This document shows positions 17,659-26,817 of a stretch of DNA of 36,589 bases, piece after piece. The stretch's first letter is position 1, and the number at the start of each line of letters is the position of its first letter. The notes under the pieces were generated by a model. That model saw only the letters and a program-made list of their open reading frames with translations. It was not told where the DNA came from and did no database searches. The position numbers and the translations under genes are program-made. Where the stretch lies: positions 1 to 36,589 of the forward strand of contig DAIRFU010000003.1 of the NCBI GenBank assembly GCA_036794935.1, read 5' to 3'. Source of the stretch: Kofleriaceae bacterium. GTDB lineage: Bacteria > Myxococcota_A > Polyangia > Haliangiales > Haliangiaceae.

Positions 17659-18150
17659 ATGAGCGACGTCGATCTCGTCGAAGCGGTCAGCGTCCTGCGC
17701 GACGAGGTGCTCGACACCGTCGAGCACGGCGACCGCGATCCGCCCGGCGCCGAGGTGTTCGATGCGCTGATCCGTGCGCTCACGATCGGCGGCGAGTCGG
17801 TGCCCGGCCTCGACCTCACGCTGCATGACTCGGTCACGCGCCGGCTCGCCTGGGGCGATCTCGAGGAGGCCGTGCTCGCCGACGCCGAGCTCGTGTTCGA
17901 TCGCCTGATGATCGCCGTCGAGCGCGCGCTGCGCGATCCTGCCGATCGGCTGGTCGTGATCGAGGCGGCGACCCAGGTCGCGGTCACCGTCGCCCGCGTC
18001 GTGTCGCTCGCCGCGGTCGGTCGCGCCTCTCGTGACCGCGCCGAGCGGCTGCGCGAGGAGATGGCGCAGCGCCAGCTTCGCGAGGTCCTCGACAAGCAGC
18101 GGGCGACGATCGCGACGCTCGAGCGGCAGACCACGCAGCGCGATTCGTGA
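17659..18150 (+). CDS. Hypothetical all-helical protein, third gene of the PP2C operon
   Basis: 163 aa, beginning 4 nt after the phosphatase stop. Its size and helical pattern resemble the product of 15298..15768. I recognise no motif. Confidence 0.6.
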   Translation: MSDVDLVEAVSVLRDEVLDTVEHGDRDPPGAEVFDALIRALTIGGESVPGLDLTLHDSVTRRLAWGDLEEAVLADAELVFDRLMIAVERALRDPADRLVVIEAATQVAVTVARVVSLAAVGRASRDRAERLREEMAQRQLREVLDKQRATIATLERQTTQRDS

Positions 18151-18153
18151 CGG

Positions 18154-18840
18154 CTACGGCGCCGGCGTACCGAGGTTCGCGGTGACCGCGTCGAGCAGCG
18201 CCTCGAGACCCGAGTCGCGCTCGACATAGCGGTGGACGAGCGTGCTGTTCGTGCGTCCCGTGCCGCGGACGATACGGCGCGCCGCGGGCTGGGCCTTGCG
18301 CACGTCGTCCATGATCGGGGCGACGCGCGGATCGGTGGCATCGAGCTCGGCGATCACGGCGTCGAGCTTGATGTTCTCGAGTGCCTCCTGCACGGCGTAG
18401 TCGTCACTCGCGAACAGGACGTCCCAGCCGCTCGAGACATAGAGCGCCATCGCGCCGCGCTGGCGGTGGTCATCGCCGACGACGAGCACGCGCATGCGGC
18501 GGCCGGGCTTGTCGACCACGCCGGACTGCCGCGCCGCGTTCGCGACCAGCGCGTGCCACTCGGCCGGGGGCTCGATCAGCAGGACGCCCAGTGCCGGGTG
18601 GATGCCCGCGACCTCGCGGACGACATCGCCGATGACCTCCATCGCGGTGCCCGCGCGCGGATCGGTGAGCGCGAGCGAGACGCGTGTACCGACCGGGATC
18701 CACTCCGACACCTCGCTGGTGTCGAGGCAGATGCCGACGTCGGATACGTCACGCGTGTGGCAGACGGCCATCTTGCCGCCGAGCATGGGAGACACGGTGA
18801 CGTTCAGCGAGATGCGGTAGCGGGGCGCACGGCGCGACAC
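18154..18840 (-). CDS. PilZ domain (canonical c-di-GMP motifs) fused to a receiver-like domain
   Basis: This is the C-terminal part of track ORF 18154..20391. I propose a GTG start at 18840 (VSRRAPRYRISLNVTV...HTRDVSDVGICLDT), giving RxxxR and DxSxxG motifs. A receiver-like region follows: MRVLVVGDDHRQ...DAVIAELDATDP.... The upstream 500 aa of the track ORF is Arg/Gly-rich and antisense to real + strand genes. Confidence 0.7.
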   Translation of the reverse strand: MSRRAPRYRISLNVTVSPMLGGKMAVCHTRDVSDVGICLDTSEVSEWIPVGTRVSLALTDPRAGTAMEVIGDVVREVAGIHPALGVLLIEPPAEWHALVANAARQSGVVDKPGRRMRVLVVGDDHRQRGAMALYVSSGWDVLFASDDYAVQEALENIKLDAVIAELDATDPRVAPIMDDVRKAQPAARRIVRGTGRTNSTLVHRYVERDSGLEALLDAVTANLGTPAP

Positions 18841-18951
18841 CGTCGCCCATAGTATCCCAGCCGCACGCGCGGCGTACGAATCGCGGCATGATAGGTCCGG
18901 CCAGGCCCGGCCGCATTGACCCCCGGCGGGTAGAGAGGGAACGTAGCGCCC

Positions 18952-19635
18952 ATGAGAGTTGCTCTCGCCATCGCAGCGATGATCGCTGTCCCGATCAGCG
19001 CGGCCGCCGACGAGCCGCCGGCGCCGCCACCGACGCCGACGTCGACCTCGACGACATCCGGGCCGACCTTCGCACCCGGCGGGGTGCCACTCCCACCCTC
19101 GACGGCGCCCGGCAACACGCCCGCGCCGGCGGCGAGTACGGTCCCCCCGCCCGGCACGGCCACGCCGGGCGATACACCCGGGGCGGATCCGGCGTACCGC
19201 GGCACGCCCGATCCGGACGTCCGCACCTACCGCGCACCGCGCAGCAAGGACGTGGTGATCGTCGCGTATCCCGAGCGCAGCAAGTCCAACCTCATCATGC
19301 TCGGCGCCCTCGGCGGCGGCGGCGTGGTGCTCGGCGCGGTCGGCCTCTACTTTCACCTCGACTCGCGCTCGGCCTCCAGCGATGTCGCCTCGCACAAGCC
19401 GACCGGCCAGCCGTGGACGGCCGACAAGCAGGACACGTACGACCGCGCTCACCGCTCGTCGGTGATCGCCGGCGTGTTCTACGGCGTCGGCGGCGCGCTC
19501 GTGCTCGCCACCGCCGTCGCGTACATCATCACCGAGCCGAAAGCCGAGACGATGACGATCCACCCGCACACGGCGAGCGCGCTCGTCGCGCCGACGCGGG
19601 GTGGCGCGATCGTCGGCGGGACCTGGAGCTTCTAG
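18952..19635 (+). CDS. Secreted Pro/Thr-rich protein with two hydrophobic segments
   Basis: 227 aa with a signal peptide (MRVALAIAAMIAVPISAAAD) and a roughly 70-aa Pro-rich low-complexity region. It has two TM-like segments and ends ...GGTWSF. Its stop abuts the next start at 19636. Confidence 0.6.
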   Translation: MRVALAIAAMIAVPISAAADEPPAPPPTPTSTSTTSGPTFAPGGVPLPPSTAPGNTPAPAASTVPPPGTATPGDTPGADPAYRGTPDPDVRTYRAPRSKDVVIVAYPERSKSNLIMLGALGGGGVVLGAVGLYFHLDSRSASSDVASHKPTGQPWTADKQDTYDRAHRSSVIAGVFYGVGGALVLATAVAYIITEPKAETMTIHPHTASALVAPTRGGAIVGGTWSF

Positions 19636-20223
19636 ATGCGTGCCCCACTGCTCTGCCTCGCGCTCGCCGCCTGCACCCCCGAGGTCGTGTCCGGCGCATA
19701 CCTCTGCGGCCCCGAGTCGGCGTGTCCCGAGGGGCAGGCCTGCGACGGCGTCGACGACACCTGCGTGCTCGCCTCGATGGCGCGGCCGTTCTCGTGCATC
19801 ACGGACACTCCTACCGAGCCCGACGACACCGCGGACGAGGGCGCGCTGATCGAGGATCTCAGCTGCGTGTCGGCCATGGTCAGCATCCCGAACTGCATGC
19901 TGGAGGGCGACGGCGCGGACTGGGTGACGTTCGTCGCGCCCGCCGACTGCACCGCGCTCGCGGTGCAAGCCCGGGTGTCGTTCCCGACGGCGTACGAGGA
20001 CCTCGGGCTCGAGCTGTGGGACATCGACGCCGACATGGCGCTCGGCACCTCCGAGGAGTGCAAGCAGGGCGCAGGCAACGGCGAGAGCCAGCACTGCCTC
20101 GACATCGAGATCGTGCCCGGCGGGACCTACGGCGTACGGGTGCTGCCGAGCGGCGACGGCACCTGCGACGGTGAGTGCGCGTACAATCGCTACACGCTGT
20201 CCATGCAGCTCGCGACGCCCTGA
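19636..20223 (+). CDS. Cys-rich lipoprotein with a pre-peptidase-C-terminal-like beta-sandwich
   Basis: 195 aa with a lipobox (LALAAC). A Cys-rich stretch (CGPESACPEGQACDGVDDTC) is followed by DWVTFVAP...LGLELWDIDADMALG...VPGGTYGVRVLP...YTLSMQL. Confidence 0.6.
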   Translation: MRAPLLCLALAACTPEVVSGAYLCGPESACPEGQACDGVDDTCVLASMARPFSCITDTPTEPDDTADEGALIEDLSCVSAMVSIPNCMLEGDGADWVTFVAPADCTALAVQARVSFPTAYEDLGLELWDIDADMALGTSEECKQGAGNGESQHCLDIEIVPGGTYGVRVLPSGDGTCDGECAYNRYTLSMQLATP

Positions 20224-20249
20224 CGCGAGACGTGGGATAACCGGAGGCG

Positions 20250-22343
20250 GTGCTCGAGCTCGCGTGGAGCTGGCTGGCGACACCGTACGTGGTGTGTACG
20301 GTGCTGATCGTCGCCGTCGCGCTGGCGGCCGCACTGGTGCGCGGCGATCGGGTGCTGCGGCTCGGCGTGATCGCGGCCGCTGCGGCCGCACTGCCGTGGT
20401 CGGTCTGCCAGGCGCTCGCGGCGTGTACCCACGATCCGGCGCTCGCGACGCGGCTGCTCCGACTCGGGCAGGGGCCGGTCGCCGCGGTCGGTCCCAACCT
20501 CATGCTCGTCATGCTCGGCGTCAGCGGGCAGCTCGAGCGCTACCGCTGGATCGCGCGCTTCGCGTACGTGATCGGCTCGTTCTTCTTCATCGTGTGCTGG
20601 GCGACCGACTGGGTCGTGCCGGGCGTGCAGGTCGTGCCCGCCGGGATGTTCTACATCGAGCCCGGGCCGCTGACCGGCCTGCACCTGTCGCAGCTCGTGC
20701 TGTGGCTCATCGTCGGTGTCGTGATCGCGCGGCGTGCGAACCCGCGGGCGCGCGGCAACGGCACGATGCGGCTCCTGCTCGGCGTGCTCGTGCTCGGCGC
20801 CGTCGGCTCGGTCGACACGCTGCTGCTCTACCGGATCTGGGGCGTGTACCCGATCGCGTGGCTGTCGGCGTCGGCGGCCGCCGGCGTCGCGCTCTATCTG
20901 GTGTTCCGCACCGACCTGTTGCGGCCACAGGGGTTCGATCGCGGCGTCGCTGTCGAGCTCGGGCTGTTCGCCGCATCGGCGGCGCTGATCGCCGGCCTCG
21001 CGATGGTGCTCGGCACGGCGAGCCCGCTGCCGCTCGTCACCCTGTCCGCGATCGGCTGGGCGCTCCTCACCGGGCTCGCGTGGGCGTCGGCGAGGTCGCG
21101 GCCGACGCGCGTCAAGGGCGAGCGCGAGCTCGATCAGTTCGTCGCGCGCGTGCCGACGTACGAGACGGAGCGCAAGGTGCACGACAAGCTCGGCACGCTG
21201 TGGCAGCGCGCGATCGGCATCGAGGTGCGTGCGCTGTGGTGGCGCGATGGTGACGCGCTGACCACGCACGACGGCACGCGCTGGCGGCTCGACGCGGAGG
21301 TGATCGCGTGGCTGGTCGCGAACCCGACGGCCCTCGCGGCCGTCGATCTGGCGACGATGCGGCTCGGCCCCATCCGCGCGAAGATCGAGGCGCTCGTGGC
21401 CGCACACGATCCCGATCTGCTCGTCCCGCTGTGCGATCGCGACGAGCTGGTGGGGCTCGTCGAGGCCGATCACGACAAGGCGCTGCGCGAGTCGGAGCGC
21501 GCGCTCATCGAGGACTCGGCTCGTGCGGCGGCACGCGCGGTGACGTTCGTCGAGCTCGCGCGGGCGGCGTCGCGCGAACGCGAGACCGCGCGCCAGGTCG
21601 AGGTCGCCGACGCGCTGCGCGTGCAGGCGATCGCGAGCGGAGAGGCCGCGCTCGGTCGCTGGGCGGTCGCCGCGGAGTATCGGACCGCGCCGCGCACGAC
21701 CGGTGCGGGCTGGTCCGCGATCGAGCTCGCCGATGGCCGGCTCGCGCTGCTCGTCACCGAGGCGCAGGCCCACGGCGTGGCCGCCGCGCTCGCGACCGCT
21801 GCGCTCACCGGCGCGTTCGCGGCGGCGACCGCCGGCACCGCGCGCGTCACGCTCGACGACTTGCTGCGCACGATGCGCGCGAGCTCGGAGGGCGTGTTGC
21901 GCGGCGGCGAGCCGGTCGCCGCGTTCCTCGCGATCATCGACGCGGCGGCGCAGAAGCTCGACTGGGCGTGCGCCGGGCATCCGGGCGCGCTGCTCGTCGG
22001 CCCGATCGCCCCCGTCGATACCGACACGCCGCCGAGCCCGGCGACCGGGCCGCAGCTGGCGCTGGCCGGCCCCCCGCCGGCAGCGATCGCCCTCAGCGGC
22101 GGTGCGCGCGTGCGCGGGGCGAGCTTGCATGCCGCCCGCCGCGGCGAGGCCGCGTACCCACCCGACACGCTGCTCGTCGTCGCCTCTACGGCGCTACGGG
22201 GTGACGACGACGAGGCATGGCAGCAGAAGCTGGTCGCGGTCGCCCCCCTGCGTCCGCGCCTCGCCGTCGCGCTCGTCGAGGGTGCGCTCGAGCGCGGCGA
22301 GCCCGCCGAAGATCTGCTCGCCGTGGTGGTGCGCGCACATTGA
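20250..22343 (+). CDS. Polytopic membrane protein with a C-terminal SpoIIE/PP2C-like domain lacking the catalytic Asp residues
   Basis: 697 aa with a GTG start. The N-terminal 290 aa or so contain at least 7 hydrophobic helices. The C-terminal region reads GAGWSAIELADGRLALLVTEAQAHGVAAALATAAL...AAFLAIID...ACAGHPGALLV, which follows the SpoIIE pattern with GGD-x-YD and DVSGHG replaced. Confidence 0.7.
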   Translation: MLELAWSWLATPYVVCTVLIVAVALAAALVRGDRVLRLGVIAAAAAALPWSVCQALAACTHDPALATRLLRLGQGPVAAVGPNLMLVMLGVSGQLERYRWIARFAYVIGSFFFIVCWATDWVVPGVQVVPAGMFYIEPGPLTGLHLSQLVLWLIVGVVIARRANPRARGNGTMRLLLGVLVLGAVGSVDTLLLYRIWGVYPIAWLSASAAAGVALYLVFRTDLLRPQGFDRGVAVELGLFAASAALIAGLAMVLGTASPLPLVTLSAIGWALLTGLAWASARSRPTRVKGERELDQFVARVPTYETERKVHDKLGTLWQRAIGIEVRALWWRDGDALTTHDGTRWRLDAEVIAWLVANPTALAAVDLATMRLGPIRAKIEALVAAHDPDLLVPLCDRDELVGLVEADHDKALRESERALIEDSARAAARAVTFVELARAASRERETARQVEVADALRVQAIASGEAALGRWAVAAEYRTAPRTTGAGWSAIELADGRLALLVTEAQAHGVAAALATAALTGAFAAATAGTARVTLDDLLRTMRASSEGVLRGGEPVAAFLAIIDAAAQKLDWACAGHPGALLVGPIAPVDTDTPPSPATGPQLALAGPPPAAIALSGGARVRGASLHAARRGEAAYPPDTLLVVASTALRGDDDEAWQQKLVAVAPLRPRLAVALVEGALERGEPAEDLLAVVVRAH

Positions 22344-22399
22344 GCGGCCGATCACACGAAGCGGGCTCGCTTCGCGTCGACGCGTGGTTTGGGAGTATC

Positions 22400-23917
22400 A
22401 TGGGGAACATGCTTCGCCTGGGTTGTCTCGTGCTGCTCGTCGTGGCTGCCTGCAGTCCGGTCAAGGACGCCAGCAACGTCCCCGATGCGCCGGTCGACTC
22501 GACCGACATGCGGCCGCCGATGATCGCGTCGTCGGTGCCCGAGGACATGGCAACGAAGGTGAGCGTGCTCGCGCCGATCTCGGTGTTCTTCGACGAGGCA
22601 CTCGATCCGGCGAGCGTGACGGCCGAGACGGTGAAGCTCGGCTATGACGATTCCAACATACCGAGCGTGCTCACGGAGGGCCTTGTCATTCCACTTGGCC
22701 CGGTGCCGGCGGGACTGACACCGGTCCGCGGCACGGTCAGCTACGATCCGGGCCCCAGGAAGGTCTCGTTCGTGCCCGCGGTGCCGCTGCCGCGCGGCCG
22801 CGTGCTCACGCTCTCGCTCGACGTCAACGATACAGCGGGGATCGCGTTCACGGGCACCGTGCACTTCATCACGTACGTGAACGAGGACACGCGGCAGTAC
22901 TACTTCAACGGTGCCGGGTTGCCGAGCTCGTGGTCCGGCTACTCGACCGATATGGCCGGCTGGATCACCAAGCGGATCGCTGGCAGCCAGCCGGGGATCG
23001 ACACGATCTGGTTCTCTGCCGACGACCCGCGCTCGATCCGCTACGACTTCGATCATCATCCCGACGGCCGCATCTCCGAGGAGCGGTACTTCAACGCCGG
23101 TCCCGACGGCCGCTACGACACCCTCGATGACCCGATGACTCTCTGCATCAGCTACCGCTACGATGCCGAGCAGGTGCTGCAGGCGCGCACGTACTCGGTC
23201 ACGATCGGCCCCGACAACATGTGGTGCACGAGCGACGACGTGCCGTCGAACACCACGCGCTACACGTACGAGGGCACCAAACGGACCGGATTCGTTTACG
23301 ACACCGACCCGGGCGCGGACAACACCTGGCACACCACGGACGACCAGTGCGCCGTCTACTACGACTTCGAGTACGACGCGCAGGGCCGCAAGACGCGCGA
23401 GATCTATCGCAACTGCGGGGCGGATGGTTTCACGCACAGCGCAGACGATACGTACAACTACTATTATCAGTACGATTACGACGCGAACGGTTACGTGACG
23501 AGCACGACGTACTTCATCGGGCCGGGCGCGGATACGCAGTGGCTGACCGGTGACGACCAGCGATCCTATGTCGACACGTATCGGCGCGACCCCGATGGCC
23601 AGCTCACCGAGACGCTGCGCTCGACGGGCGCTGGTGCCGACCTGATCTGGGGCAACGCGGACGATTCCGGCGGCCCCCGCACCGTGCAGACGTACAACGC
23701 GCAGAAGCTGGTCCAGGACATCACGGTGTACTACATCCCTGGGCCCGACGGCCTCTGGGGCACCGACGACGACGTCATCTCGTACTACGACAAGCTGACC
23801 TACGACGTGAACGGCAACCGGGTCGACCAGAAGGAGTACGCGATCGGCGACGACGGCATCTGGAAGACGCCCGACGACCGCGTCACCGTCGACCACGACT
23901 TCGACCTCGTCAAGTGA
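22400..23917 (+). CDS. Lipoprotein with an SbsA-type Ig-like domain followed by about 9 tandem 35-36-aa repeats (YxYD...GPDGxWxTxDD)
   Basis: The start is taken at the ATG at 22400 (MGNMLRLGCLVLLVVAAC, lipobox), inside track ORF 22217..23917. The N-terminal part (PPMIASSVPEDMATKVSVLAPISVFFDEALDPASV) looks like a Big_5-type domain. The rest is repeats (see the repeat feature). Confidence 0.78.
   Translation: MGNMLRLGCLVLLVVAACSPVKDASNVPDAPVDSTDMRPPMIASSVPEDMATKVSVLAPISVFFDEALDPASVTAETVKLGYDDSNIPSVLTEGLVIPLGPVPAGLTPVRGTVSYDPGPRKVSFVPAVPLPRGRVLTLSLDVNDTAGIAFTGTVHFITYVNEDTRQYYFNGAGLPSSWSGYSTDMAGWITKRIAGSQPGIDTIWFSADDPRSIRYDFDHHPDGRISEERYFNAGPDGRYDTLDDPMTLCISYRYDAEQVLQARTYSVTIGPDNMWCTSDDVPSNTTRYTYEGTKRTGFVYDTDPGADNTWHTTDDQCAVYYDFEYDAQGRKTREIYRNCGADGFTHSADDTYNYYYQYDYDANGYVTSTTYFIGPGADTQWLTGDDQRSYVDTYRRDPDGQLTETLRSTGAGADLIWGNADDSGGPRTVQTYNAQKLVQDITVYYIPGPDGLWGTDDDVISYYDKLTYDVNGNRVDQKEYAIGDDGIWKTPDDRVTVDHDFDLVK
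22975..23914 (+). repeat. Tandem protein-level repeat array of about 9 units, each about 36 aa
   Basis: The unit ends are PGIDTIWFSADD, AGPDGRYDTLDD, IGPDNMWCTSDD, DPGADNTWHTTDD, CGADGFTHSADD, GPGADTQWLTGDD, GAGADLIWGNADD, PGPDGLWGTDDD and IGDDGIWKTPDD. Most are preceded by a YD-like element (YRYDAE, FEYDAQGR, YDYDANGY, YRRDPDGQ, LTYDVNGN). Confidence 0.8.
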
Positions 23918-26767
<2,850 letters not shown>

Positions 26768-26817
26768 GGCCGAACGGGCGGGGATTTACCGGCACGTCTC
26801 CTGCTGAGGCGCCGGCC

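Noticed and set aside
16050-18341. 763-aa reverse ORF. The same reasoning applies to 28090..30321(-), 4259..6658(+), 8905..10836(-), 20190..22130(-), 3025..4575(+), 12052..13713(+), 22352..23896(-), 30807..32357(-) and 33404..34960(-)
   Set aside because: All are antisense or alternative frames of genes with recognisable domains, and all have the Arg/Pro/Gly/Ala-rich composition typical of non-coding frames in high-GC DNA.
18841-20391. N-terminal 517-aa extension of track ORF 18154..20391 upstream of the PilZ domain
   Set aside because: The extension is Arg/Gly/Pro-rich with no Met. It runs antisense through two + strand genes that have signal peptides and good coding bias. I therefore chose an internal GTG start at 18840, just before the RxxxR motif.
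20932-20940. GGTTCGATC, resembling a tRNA T-loop
   Set aside because: It lies inside the membrane SpoIIE-like CDS in good coding context. No acceptor stem or anticodon stem can be drawn around it.
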